A DNA stretch of 64,000 nucleotides from Chiloscyllium plagiosum (Eukaryota): the NCBI RefSeq assembly GCF_004010195.1, contig NC_057736.1:929452-993451 (forward strand), in the 5' to 3' direction. Every line of letters starts with the position of its first letter. Positions within the stretch are counted from its first letter, which is position 1. The notes under the pieces are model-generated. The model saw only the letters and a program-made list of their open reading frames with translations. It had not been told where the DNA came from and ran no database searches. Below are positions 38,980-52,035 of this stretch, piece after piece. The position numbers and the translations under genes were made by a program.

Positions 38980-39089
38980 TAATTGTTACAGAAAGCCCAT
39001 TGACCTGGAGGTTTCCCGTGTTTCCGTTGGGGTTATTTTGTCACAGTTCTCTAATACAAGTGCTGCACGATATCACAGAATTTTAAGCG

Positions 39090-40010
39090 CACCCCAGGGA
39101 TCGTTAATGGGATCTTTCCTTTTAATGATCTGGATCTTGCTGTGCTGGGGACAATTTCAAATTTTCCAGGTGATGCTAAACCTGGAAAGAATTGTAAACT
39201 CTGAGGAGGATAGTGTGGGACTGTGAAAGGACATCAACGAGTTGGTGGCATAAGCAGAAAGGTGGCAGATGAGGTTCAGTGCAGACAAGTGAGAGGTGAT
39301 GCACTTTGAAAGGCAACAAGAAATAGGGTGTATAATAAAGGTGGTGCAGGAGCAGAAGGAGCTGGGTGTATACATGCACAGATCAATGAGGGCAGCAGGA
39401 CAGGCAGAGGGAGCCATTAATAAAGCTTATAGTGTCCTTGGCTTTATTAATAGGACATAGGAGCAAGGAGGTGATGATGAACTTGTACAAGACACTTGTT
39501 AGACCTCAGCTGGAGTACTGTGTACAGTTGTGGGTGCCACATTATAGGAAAGGTATGAATGCATTGGAGAGAGTGCAGCTTTGCAAGAATGGTTCAAGGA
39601 ATACAAACATCAGTGATGAGGATAGATTAAAGAAGATGGGAAACACAGGAATAGGAATAGGCCAGTCAGCCCCTAAAGCCTATTTCACCATTCAGTGAGG
39701 TCATGGCTGATCTGGCTAAATCCAGATTTCTTTCCTTTGCTCTGTATCCCTTAATACCTCAGCTTAACAAAAATGTACCTGTCTCAGATTTAAAAATAAC
39801 AACTGATTCAACTGTCTCCTGGGTGAGAAGACAACTGAGTGGAAATTTGATAGAGGTTTTCAAAATCATAAGATGATTATTTGGGTTGAAATAGTGTACA
39901 AGGGTACAGGGAGAAAGCAGGAGATTGGCATCAGGTAATGAAGGCTCATTTGGTAAGAGTTGGTGCAGCCAGGATGGGCTGAATGGCCTCATTTTGTGCC
40001 GTAAATATCT
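39090..40010 (+). mobile_element. Degenerate CR1 RT/3' region
   Basis: NLYKTLVRPQLEYCVQLWVPHYRK (ORF 39432..39698). Confidence 0.7.
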
Positions 40011-40391
40011 TGTGGTTCTGCCAAGAGGTTCAATGGCATTAAATGTTTCATGGTCTTTACACTAGTTTAAAAAACATTAAGCTAACAGTCAGGCAATTGG
40101 GAGTTTCTGCTAATTCTGCTTGTTTGCAGATTTTCAAGGAGACTCTGGGTTATCAATATCAAAGAATTAGAATGTCGTTTTACTTAATTTACTGAGGAAC
40201 TGATATTGTCCTGCAATCTAACTGGAAAACAGCTATTAAATATAATGTTCTATCATTTAAAATTAGGTTGACACAGGATTGACACAAAGTAAAAGTGTTT
40301 GCAGTAACAAATGCTCAAACCCACCGTAACTTAAGAGAATCAATTGCACCTAAGGACAGTGGTGCTTTTTCCTATTTGTACATAAGATGAA

Positions 40392-40594
40392 GTTAAAAAT
40401 CACACAACACCAGGTTATAGTCCAACAGATTTAATTGGAAGCACACTAGATTTCGGAGCATCGCTCCTTCATCAGATGAAGGAGCGATGCTCCAAAAGCT
40501 AGTGTGCTTCCAATTAAACCTGTTGGACTATAACCTGGTGTTGTGTGATTTTTAACATTGTACACCCCAGTCCTACACTGGCATCTCCAAATCA
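40392..40594. mobile_element. Near-perfect palindromic PLE end pair (82-bp arms around A40474), hammerhead core on minus strand
   Basis: 40392-40473 is the reverse complement of 40475-40556 (3 mismatches); minus strand CTGATGA-AGGAGC-GAT-GCTCC-GAAATCTA; TSD tacata(a/g)gatgaag at 40379-40392 and 40595-40608. Confidence 0.85.
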
Positions 40595-41429
40595 TACATA
40601 GGATGAAGGCATCATTGACAAAGGCAGCATTTACTGCCCAGAAGGTAATTAAGAATAAACAACATTGCTGTGCGTCTGTTGTCATTAAGACTTCTGTCAT
40701 TAATTTGAGCACCAAGGTATGGCGATTGACAAAACCTTTCACTCTTTTTTTGTAAAGTGCATGTGACAATGAATTGCTATTCTAATCTATTCTATTCTAT
40801 AAAGACCAGGAAATTTCCCTTCCCAAAAGGGTGTTAGTGGACCTGACTGATTTTCCTCTTGTGATAATCGGTGCCATTAGGTTAGCTTTTTATTGAATTC
40901 ACATTTCTGTATCTATACATGAGCAATATTGCTGAGGTGCAGATTGTGCTGTGACTATTTCAGCCCTAAAGTCAAACAGCAGATAGAAGACATTGAAGAA
41001 GACATTGTTGATGAAGATCTTGATTTGATTAACAACTTGATCAATCATTTAACAGAGTGGGTTTTGAACCCACAACTCAGAACATTTACCTGGGATTAGG
41101 TGGATTATGAGTCCAGTGACATTACTACTATAAACTATATCCCTATGTTTGATGGCTTGATGCCACCTGTCTATTAGATAACCATTTTATTGGATTGACA
41201 TTAAAAAATATTAGTGATTTCCTCTAATAAGATGGGACAGTGGTGAAAGGATTAGGAGATGAATTTGTGTAAAGAGTCTGAAATTCACCAGAAGTGAATT
41301 TGAGTCAGATTTCCACTCAGTGATCTGACTCATCACATCCTGGGGCTGACTGGCTCTCAATCATATCTCAGCATGGTACAGTCCCAGGAGCCTGAAATTG
41401 CACTGCTGACTGCAACAGCTTAAAGGGAC

Positions 41430-43910
41430 TGGTCAATAACGGGCTAGTGAGAAATGCTTGAATGGGAGAGGAACAAGGATGATTTGGTAGAATAAATTAT
41501 GTTTTTTTTTCAGGTGTGTCCATATTGGATTTGGTGCTTGGCAATGAACCATGCCAGGTGTCAGATCTTCTGGTGGGAGAGCATTTTGGTGATAGTGATC
41601 ACAACTGCCTGACCAATACAATACTCATGGAGAGGGCTACAAGCAGACAGTATGGGAAAGTATTTAATTGGGGACAGGGTTAATTACAATGCCATTAGGC
41701 AGGAACTGGGGCACCTAGATTGGGAACAGATGTTCTCAGGAAAATGCACAACAGAAATAGGGAGCACTTCCTGAAGAAGGGCTTATGCCCGAAACGTCGA
41801 TTCTCCTGTTCCTTGGATGCTGCCTGACCTGCTGCGCTTTTCCAGCAACACATTTTCAGCACTTGCTGATAGTGCAAGATAGGTTTGTCCCACTGAGGCA
41901 AGGAAGGGATGGAAGGATGAAGGAACTTTGGGTGACAAGGAATGTGGAACATCTCGTCAAGAAGAGGTTAAGGTTGGGGAGGCAAGGATCAGGCAGAGCT
42001 TTAGAGGGTTACAAGGTAGCCAGGAAGGAACTGAAGAATGGACTAAGGAGAGCTAGAAGGGGGCATGAAAAAGCTTTGGTGGGTAGGATAAAGGAAAACC
42101 CTAAGGCATTCTACATGTATGTGAGGAACAAGAAGATGGCCAGAGTGGGGTTAGGGCTGATCAGGGATAATGGAGGTAACTTGTGCCTGGAGTTGGAGGA
42201 AGTAAGGGAGGTCCTTAATGAATACTTTGCTTTGATATTCATTACTGAGAGGGACCTTGACATTTGTGAGGACAGCATGAAACAGGCTGATATGCTCGAA
42301 CAGGTTGATGTTATGAAGGAGATATGCTGAAAGGTTTGTAAAAGGTAAGGATAAATAAGTTCCCTGGCCCAGACGGGATATGCCCAAGGTTACAGCAGGA
42401 AGCAAGGGAACTGATTGCAGTGCTTCTGGTGATGATCTTTGCATCCTCACTGTCCGCTGGAGTAGTACCAGATAATTGGAGGGTGGCAAATGTTATTCCC
42501 TTGTTCAAGAAAGGGAATAGGGATAATCCTGGGAATTACAGACCAATCGGTCTTAAATCTGTGGTAGGCAAAGTATTGGAGAGGACTCTAAGTGATAGAA
42601 TTTATGATTACTTGGAAAACCATAGATTGATTAGAGATGGTCAGTATGGCTTTGTGAGAGGCAGGTCATGCCTCACAAACCTTATTGAACTATTTGAGGA
42701 TGTGACAAAGCATGTTGATGAAGATAGAGCAGTGGATGTGGTGGACAAGGATTTTCGCAAGATGTTTGATAAGATTCCCTGTGGTAGGCTCATTCAGAAA
42801 GTAAGGAGACATGTGATACAGGGAAATCTGGATGTCTGGATACAGAATTGGCTGGGCCACAGAAGACAGAGAATGGTAGTAGATGGAAAGTATTCAGCCT
42901 GGAGCTCGGTGGCCGCTGGTGTACCACAGGGACCTGTATGGGGACCTCTGCTCTTTATGATTTTTATAAATGACTTGGATAAGGAGGTGCAAGGGTGGGT
43001 TAGTAAGTTTGCGAATGACACGAAGGTTGGTGGAGTTGTGAATAGTGTGGAGGACTGTTGGAGGATGCAACTAGACATTGACAGGATTCAGAGCTGGGCT
43101 GAGAAGTGGCAGATTGGGTTCAACCTGGAAAAGTGAGAAGTAATTTATTTTGGAAGGTTGAATTTGAATGCAGAATACAAGGTTAAAAGCAGGATTCTTG
43201 GCAGTGTGGAGGAACTTAGGAATCTTGGGGTTCATTGTCCATAGATCCCTCAAAGTTGCCACCCAAGTTGATAGGGTTGTTAAGAAGCATTATGATGTGT
43301 TGGATTTCATTAACGGGGATAGTGAGTTTAAGAGCCACGAGGTTATGCTGCAACTCTACAGAGCCCTTGTTAAGACCACACTTGGAATATTGTGTTCAGT
43401 TCTGGTTGCCTCATTATAGGAAAGATGTGGAAGCTTTAGAGAGATGTAGAAGAGATTTACCAGGGTGCTGCCTGGACTGGAGGGTATGTCTTATGAAGAA
43501 AGGTTAAGGGAGCTAGGGCTTTTCTCATTTGAGCGAAGAAGGCCAAAGATGACTTGATAGAGGTGTACATGATGATGAGAGTCATAGATGGAATGAATAG
43601 TCAGAGACTTTTTCCCAGGACAGTAATGTCTATCATGAGGGGGGCATTTTTAAAGTGATTGGAGGAAGCTTTAGGGGAGATGTCAGAGGTAGGTTCGTTA
43701 CACAGAGAGTGGTGGGTTCATGGAATGCACTGCCAGCGGTGAGAGTAGAGTCAGAGACGTTAGGGACATTTAAGGGACTCTTGGATAGGCACATGGAAGT
43801 TAGTAAAATAAAGGGTTTGTAGGTTAGTCTGACCTTAGAGTAGGATAAAAGGCAAAACACTGAGAGCCAAAGGGCCTGTACTGTGCTGTACTGTTCTACA
43901 TTCTGTGTTG
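41430..43910 (+). mobile_element. Long CR1 LINE (ORF2 linker, RT, 3'UTR), frameshifted
   Basis: ORFs 41785..42330 (IKENPKAFYMYV) and 42420..43136 (VPDNWRVANVIPLFKKG, GVPQGPVWGPLLF, KFAND), 43235..43507. Confidence 0.92.
41770..41857 (+). mobile_element. 88-bp PLE hammerhead fragment nested in the CR1; 7-bp TSD AGCACTT
   Basis: Intact CTGAAGA-AGGGC-TTAT-GCCC-GAAACGTC (41771-41798); TSD 41763-41769 and 41858-41864. Confidence 0.75.
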
Positions 43911-44325
43911 GTACATGCCAGGAAGTTGTAGAAATGTTTTATTCTTAAATTGTTGGTCTTGGCAATGATGCTGCTTGGTTGCCGTTCACTAACACTCAGC
44001 GCACAGTGTCTTAGTAAGGCAAAACCAGACTGGACAATAAGCAGAGTGCAAAGGTCTGTCCTGAAGTCACTCACCAGGTTTGTAATGGAACCGTGAGTGA
44101 TAGCAGATGGTTTGACTTTGTGGAGTATCAAAGTTGAACTGAAATTGTCCTCACCCGGTTTCCACACGGAAGTTCGTTACTGGCAATGAGCAGCTAGAGC
44201 TCACCATATCCAGGCTATCTGGGATATCAAACAGAGATTTCCTGGGTTGTATTTGGCTGCTAAACCATCAGGGGACACCATCGTTTGTGTGTGTCATGAT
44301 TGTGAATGTTTCAATTTCTGCACAG

Positions 44326-44530
44326 ATTGTGAGCTTCAGTCTGATCATGGGCAATGTAAAGTCCATCACATCAGATGTTACAACTGTGGTCGTAGAAAGA
44401 GTAAGCAAGAAGATGATTGTTGTGGGGACAAAGGCAGTTACAGTCATCGCTGTGTCAAAGAGAAAACAGATGAACACTACTTTGATTCCAGGATAAATGA
44501 TGTTCCCTCGAAACACCTTCAAGAAAAGAG
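44326..44530 (+). CDS. Unknown gene X, exon D, Cys/His-rich (NCELQSDHGQCKVHHIRCYNCGRRK...HLQEK)
   Basis: Acceptor tttcaatttctgcacag|, donor GAG|gttagt; phase 1 to 2. Confidence 0.7.
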
Positions 44531-47500
44531 GTTAGTCATAAAAAGATTTTATAAAAGTATGAACACAGGTCTTAAAGGGGCAAATGTTTGCTATCCAACT
44601 GCAAACTAATATACGTAAGCATTCCCATGACAATATCATTGTGTACTATCTGAGAGATGCTGTCATTCTGCCCTCTGTGTAACAAGGTTCTGCATGAAGT
44701 CCCACTCCAGGGCTTCAGGATAAGCATCAAGGTGACACTCTGATACATTACTGAGGGAATGTGTTACCAGGGTCGCATTTGCCTGCACAGCTGGATGTAC
44801 ATAAAATCCCAGAGTATTAATGTGAAGGAGAGCAGGACAGTTCTCGTTAGTGTTCTAACCAAAATTTACCCCATCCATCAACATCACACAAAACAGCATC
44901 TGAGCATGATCACATGTTCCTTTGTGGGATCTTGCTGTGTACCAACTGTCTGTGTGTTCCCCCCATTATAGTAGTATATCCACTTCAAACGGTACTTCAC
45001 TGGCTACATGTAAAGTGCTTTGGAACATCCAGTGGCTGTGAAAATGACTATAAATATGAATCTTTATCGGCAGAACTTTCAGTAATATCATCTCTTCACC
45101 ATCATTACTCAATGTCAGTTTAGTTTGATATTAATCATCAGAGTGAAGGCTTTGATTTTATGAGGGTAATTGTTCTCATAATTTGTTGGCACTGTACCAC
45201 TTTTCTCTTGTTAACTAGGCTCCAGAGCCTAGAATACCGTGGGCAGGGGCACAGGCTCGGAGCCAGGCATGTGCCGTCTGCCATGTTGGGCTGAATCTAA
45301 TGCTTTTTATTTGGCTAACTGCCTGTTCCATTGAGTTGCTTAGTAAGAAACCTCTCCTTAAAGTCTTTATCCTTCTCCCTGAAGGACTGCTCTCATTCCT
45401 CAGCCCCTCAGCCTCGATTCCTGCTGCGATCATACAGAATCCAGCATGCCAGAGGGTGCAGCATCCTCTGTCCCGATTATACCATAGAGCCTTCCCTAGG
45501 CCACTCCAAGCTACATCCTCAGCAGCCCTACTGCTGGCCAATACATTACAACTAAAAGAGGTGTGCCTACTGCTCTGCCAACCCCTTTCCCAGGCCAGAA
45601 CCACATTAATCAATCAACATTTTGTAGCATTCAATAGACTCCATTGTCATAGTCACATGATAATGATGTAGGGATGCCCCCTTCCCCCACAGTACCTTTG
45701 GAAACAAGTGATGGGATACTTTTGGCCAAGGTTCATCTCCTTGTAAGTCATCAACACTAACATCTACATCACTGAGATGACAATGGTCAATTTGAATGAT
45801 CCCATGACTTGGTGTAAATTGCCTTTCACCAGGATTTGAACTGTGAGCACATTCACTCTGTATTGCAAATGATTGGAGAAATTATTGCAGATGAAATGTA
45901 GCTGGAATTTGCAAATGTATTTGCCTGTTCACTGTCCAGCAGACATGTACGTAGCAAACTCTCCCTCAAACTGACACCGCCTGGCCCCTTTCTGGGTGTG
46001 ATCCTGATTGTTTTTCAGTTGTATTTCTCAAACAGAGAACAGGAGGTGAGGGCAGGGAGCAGAGTTCACGGTGAACACCATCAGCACTGGGTGCCACGCG
46101 TCACCAGCCAACAACATACCCGCTCTCCCCCTTCCCCCTCCTCCTCACCCCTAAGAGCCTCCATGCCCCCTCTGACTTCGCTCTACCCCGGCAGCTCATC
46201 TCCACCCACCTGCACGCCCCATATAGAGAGCCAGTTACCTCCTACTGCCCCTCCGTGCTCCCGAAACCCAGCATTACACCTGAATGATAACCGTCCTGCT
46301 CTTCCACACTCCTCCCTCCCCCACCCCCACACTGGAGATCATGGTCGCAATAAGTGCCAATTACCCACCTCCTGGAGCCTGTCATACCCTCTGATGCTGC
46401 TCTGCATACCTTCGCCAAATACCTCAAAAGTCACCTATCACANNNNNNNNCACCCCAGCCCTGACTCCCATTGCTGTTTAGTGCTGCCACAAATCGAACC
46501 CTAACCCACCTCCCCCAGACCCTGTCCAGATTCCATCCACAACTCGATGGATGCCCAGGACATTTGCAGGCCTAGACAGTTCGCCTAAAAAGCCACTCTT
46601 CTTGTGATGCAGTGGTGGCGTCTGAACAAGGAAGCCTGGGTTTAAGTCCTACCTCCTCCAGAGCTGTGTAATAATAACTCCAAATGAACGGATCAGAAAA
46701 TATCTACATTAGCAGGCAATCTTCTCAAGTGAGTTCGTGAAAAAACGTTGCTGCAGCTCACTGTTCCCCACTACTGTCTCAACCCTCTCCTCATGACTCT
46801 AGTCTGGACCCCATATTCTGGTCTGCCACAAACCAGTCCCTCTCTCTCTCAGTTGTCTCAATCCTATTTTAGCATAAAGCTGAGAGCCACTTTCTCTGAA
46901 GGCAATTTGCCTAGCAGCTTGCTGCAGGTGAACCCAGCTCCCAGGTTTCCTCGAAATGAGGACTAAGCCACCAGGAGTGGCCAGCACCATCAGGTACCCA
47001 TTGCTAGGTCACTGTGTAATGCCACTCTATTATGAAAGCAACTGATTATTGTAAATGGTGCTGAGTAATGTATGGGACATCATGTACAGAATGACTAGCC
47101 AACCCTGAATTGGGACTGGCTTCTATTTATTCTGCTCAAGAAATTTTCAACAAATTTCTAACGGTATGTACGAAACAAATCCATTCAAGCACTCAACGCT
47201 CAGACTATTCCTTGTGTATGTTATCGGTAAATTGCCTGTCATCATTCCTCACATGAAGCAACAAATGACTTCATTTAGAAAAGTAATCCATCAGTTGTAA
47301 AACCATCTTGGAACATCCTGAGGATTTGATTGTGATTTTATTTTACTTTCATGAGTTTTTCTATAGTCCAGAAGCATTTCATTTTTCAATCAGGTTCTGA
47401 ATTTCTCAAATCTATATTATGGGTTGTAGCTGTCAGGAATCGCCTTTCTCACTGTTGCATTATCTCTCAAGCATTATGAAATTATAGCAATAGACTAGAT

Positions 47501-47993
47501 CAAGTGTGTGGTATCCTAGATACAGAAACAAACTGAGAGTGAAGAATAAACAAGTTGAGATTAAGGTGGCCACAGAAACCAGTTGAAGTATTTTGAAAAG
47601 AAATAACAAATGGTTAGCAGAGTCAGAAAGAACCTCATAAGGTTTGGTCCAGACAGACTTGAGGTAGTAACTCTGAGAGAAGGCAATGGATAGAGAGAAA
47701 AGGTAGAGAATTCACAAGATTATCGTAATTTACAACTGGAATGAATGCCCTTCTGCTACTTCTTCCTCAGGAAATTTCAGTCTCTCAAAAAAAATTCAAG
47801 AGAATATTTAGTAAAAAGAAAAACACAGGCTTGTTAGCACCCCAGTCTGATGGTTCCAATGTTTTTAAATGTTACAAGATAAACTTGTTCTTCTGCAAAT
47901 TGAGCTAAGATTTTCTAAATTATTTCCATTTGTGCATGACAATTTATTTTCACAGGCTATCTATTTATCATTTCAATGTTCCTCTTTCTCTAG

Positions 47994-48282
47994 TCTCTTT
48001 GCTTGGAATAACGCAAATCCTGAAAACCAGACTGGCAGAGCTTGGATCAGGCAGAGTTCCTCACTTCTTCCCTATGACTGGGAGGATGACTGTGAGATGG
48101 TTGATTGGGTAATTGATCAGTATGTACAGGATGATCACAGCATCGCTGCATTCTACAAGGGCAAGATCATTCAAACCTTGAATGATGCTTTGGGAATCAC
48201 ATCAGAGACTGCAAACTCTGAAAACCTTCCAAAAAAACTCCAAAACCAATTGCTTGATACAAACATTCCAGACATCCCAAAG
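47994..48282 (+). CDS. Unknown gene X, exon E (SLFAWNNAN...YDWEDDCEMVDWVIDQYVQDDHSIAAFYKGKIIQTLNDALG...DIPK)
   Basis: Acceptor ttcctctttctctag|, donor AAG|gtagtc; phase 2 to 0; 289 nt stop-free. Confidence 0.7.
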
Positions 48283-49622
48283 GTAGTCCAGCCAATCATG
48301 TGCTTTCTTTTTCGTTAAATTTAAGTTGAAATGAAAATGTTCATTCTGTCTTATTTATGTCTTCTGTAGTCGATACCATTGGTTCTGGCTTACTCCCACA
48401 TATGGCAACTCAAGCGTCTTTCTTCTTGTAAGAATCTGGATGATAAAAGGTGACAGTTTGCCTACTGTCAGCACTATATCAGCTGAATTCTGGAGAAGAG
48501 TCAAAACTGGACTCGAAACATTTGTCTCCCACCACAGACACTGCGGGACTTGCTGAATTTCTCCAGCACTTTCTGTGTTTGCTTCTGGTTCTCCTCTCAT
48601 TCAATGAGAATGGATGTACAGTTTCCACCAATATTGGTGACAAATTTGGGAGAATTGTGTGATTTGGCCAATGAACAGCTTCCCAATATCGAGAGCAAAA
48701 TGTCCCATTTTCCAGCTGAGTGTTGAAGAATGAGATGTGATTCTCACAGAAAAATGGTGAGAGGGCTCTTTACATACATTAACATATATTAACATTAATT
48801 AACAACCCATTATTTCATCACCTCTCCTCACTAATATGCAATTTCCTATTCTACTCATACCTCCAACTCCCTGCAGATAGAAACCAGATGGAGACAATTC
48901 CCTATATGAAAGTCCAAATAGGTTCCTGGAGACTCCAGTTCACCTCTTGCCCCTCCAGACCTCCATCAAACACCATCATCTCACGGCACACTCCATAGGT
49001 AGTGACCACACACACCTTTCCCCCCACCTCCATTCATCAGGACCCCATGTGCCAATTCCTCTCTGCATGATACACCTGGAACAATTGGCAGGAATTGTAT
49101 GGGGAAGCTGTGGATAGCCAGCACTTGACTGGGTGCCTGGCTGGACTTTAAAAATAGTGCCAGGAATCCCGGGACATCTCACCAGTGGACAGTGTTTCTG
49201 CCTGTGGTGAGTGGGACAATACAGGTGTCATAGGAAGTAATGAGGAGAGTGTGGGAAGATAGTGTGAGCAAACTCAGTAGAACTCACAGAGAGAATCCCT
49301 CCGTGAAACTCAACAAAACTGACACTTTATCGATTTCTGGTAAAGTTTAGCCCAGTATTTTTGAGGCCTTGAATATCTACAGTCTATTGGAATGTTGGCC
49401 TTTCACCTGAAGGATAAGGTTCAGCACGGGATACTTCAAACTCACGTAACACAGTTGTCACATGTTGGACAATCTGAAATGGAGGCTGGCATTTTCTGAA
49501 CGAATTTCTGTGTTGGTAGGTGTTTTAGCTTGTGGGGCACACTCTGATTACCACAGAGGGAACCCAGTGGATCTTGAGCCTATCAGAAACCTAATTGGTT
49601 TCCTGGTTAGCTTTTTGGTGCA

Positions 49623-49822
49623 GCAGGTCAGGCAGCATCCAAGGAATAGGAGAATCGACGTTTCGGGCATAAGCCCTTCTTCAGGAATGCATTCCTGAAG
49701 AAGGGCTTATGCCCGAAATGTCGATTCTCCTGTTCCTTGGATGTTGCCTGACCTGCTGCGCTTTTCCAGCAACGCATTTTCAGCTCTGATCTCCAGCATC
49801 TGCAGTCCTCACTTTCTCCCCA
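49623..49822. mobile_element. Palindromic PLE end pair with hammerhead cores on both strands; 14-bp TSD AGCTTTTTGGTGCA
   Basis: ~70-bp arms centred on aatg|catt (49689/49690); TSD 49609-49622 and 49823-49836. Confidence 0.85.
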
Positions 49823-51224
49823 AGCTTTTTGGTGCATCACTTCCTGGGATGTTAATATCACACCTTAATGGCCAACTAGAGGCCAGCAGCCTTGGTGAGC
49901 AACAGTGCCTCCAGAGGATGAGGTGGAACAGCAACAGCAAAGTCCAGGAACAGTGACCTTTCCAAGGGAGCGCATCATGGGTGGGAGTCATGAGGTCAGA
50001 GGGACGCAGTGGTACAAAGGCATGAGGGTTGCTTTATATGAAAGCATCCTAATCCCAACCCCTGACCATCCCCAGACTGGGGAGGATTGAGCCCCCTCAA
50101 AACAGCTGGAAGGCTGCTTTGTTTTACCATTCAGGGGATTGGTACTGGGAGCTGAATTCAGTCTGATGACAACTCAGTCAGCATCACTGACTGAGCCCTG
50201 AAAGGCCTCAGTGGGTGGTGTGGCAGGCAGGTGAACATTGCCAACCCGAACGTCATTCCTCAGGTGGCAAGAAGATAGCAGGTGACAGGCCACCAATTAT
50301 CACAAACCTCCTCCCTCCCCACCATGCCCCAGGAGAGGACAGTTCTGCCCTAAATTGTGCTGGCCTATGGGACGGGGTAAAGGAGGGGGTGGTGTGGAGT
50401 GAGTGGGATGCTGTGCAATTGAGAGTGTGCAGTAACTTTGACCAAACAGTGCACAAACAAAATGGTGCATCCACAAAATGGAGCGTGATGCGCTTCTGTA
50501 CCCAGAAAACATCAACCAATCAGGAAGTGGGCTGGTTTACTCAGGTGCAGACTTCTTTTGAATGACAGTATGTGAAGCCAAGATTTTTATCTGTACATAG
50601 TGCTAATTTTTATTAAATAAAACAGGAATCTTCTCCAGGGGATTGAGTAGCCCAAAGCTGAGGGAGTGGACAACCCCTTGAACATGGCACACAGATTCAC
50701 CTATTTCTCCTACAAACAGGGAATACCTGAAAGACGTAAAAGGTCAGGTTGCTTCTGACAACAGAGTATCTGTTTGTTCCCAATGACCAGAGCATTAACT
50801 CGGTCTCATTCCCCACAGACACTGCTAAAACTGCTGAGTGCTTCCACCATTTTCTGCTTTTATTTCAGATATCCAGGATTCGTAGTATTCTGATTTTCAC
50901 TTAAGTCACCTATTTGTCACTCTGGCTATAGAATGCTGGAGATTTGTTCTTCCTATAATCCAAAATTAGCAAAGTTAATTTGTCATCAGCAATACGAAAT
51001 ATTCTCTAGTGTCAGCCCCTCAAGAAAGCCACATTTCTATTCACACACATTTTGAGCATTTTGGCTTCAAGGTGACTGGTTCAGATAGTGCAGCCTCAAA
51101 TTGGAGAATGTACTGTGTGTGACTGATGTAATATAACAAAGACTAAAGGGCATAGTTAATATGTTAGACAGCATAAGAGCTATTCCACTTATACTAAAAG
51201 CTTAGAATAATCTCAAATAAGCTT

Positions 51225-51238
51225 GTTTCCATAGCGAC
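51225..51238. promoter_or_regulatory. RFX X-box GTTTCCATAGCGAC
   Basis: Matches the X-box consensus RTHNYY-WT-RRNRAC; partial second site GTTGCTATGTGAC at 51437-51449. Confidence 0.5.
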
Positions 51239-52035
51239 AGTGTCAGCAGATTACTAACCACACTGCTGATGGAATTGAAGCCTACTGTGGTCTTTTTCAT
51301 AATGTGGTTGATGAAGAGTTTCAGGACTCTTCACACGGACCTTTGAAGTCTCTGGATTAGTTGCTTTATTTACACGGCTGATATTCCTGACATCAATCCC
51401 CCACCTTCTGTTGAGCTCAGTGCTGCAATGATTTTGGTTGCTATGTGACTGTTGTTGAAATTCAGACTTCTATCATAGCTCAGAATTTTGCATTAGGCAA
51501 TTTCAACTGAGGTCTGACAGACTGAAGAGGAATCAATTTCCCAATGTTTCATTATTGTGCAGCTTTCAGTTCACAGAATGCCATCCTCGCGATAATTATT
51601 TTAATAAGTCACAAAAACAAATCAAATCAAATCCGAAATCCAAATATGAACCATAGCTCCAAGTTTCTTTGGTGAAAACACAGGCTTTTTTTTTAACTGA
51701 TTAATAATAAAATCAATTTAGGCATTTAATAAACGTTTAGTGCCATGTTAAGGTGTTTGATTAATTTACATTCGTTTTAGCATGTTACAAGTACACACAC
51801 TTACAAAGTAGACTAGTTTACTGTGATGTAATATTCACATTTACAGCAAAGTAGGAACAAGATTTAATATGATCATAGAGCAAATTGAATATCAACACTT
51901 TAAATGTAATTAAGATACATTAGACCTGAACCATGATTTGTCTTAACTGAAGACTTCAGCTCGGGACTTTGCATGTTTGCCACTCCTCTACTTGGCTACA
52001 TCTTGTTAATTCTTCTCTCATTGTCTTTCCTTCAG

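Noticed and set aside
41430-43910. Active autonomous CR1
   Set aside because: Frameshifts, stops, catalytic motif mutated to FAND, 5' truncation and a nested PLE fragment
44247-44325. Extra Cys-rich stretch (CVCHDCECFNFC) upstream in ORF 44247..44609
   Set aside because: Falls in the TG-rich polypyrimidine tract before the stronger acceptor at 44325; an upstream AG at 44271 is phase-compatible but lacks a pyrimidine tract
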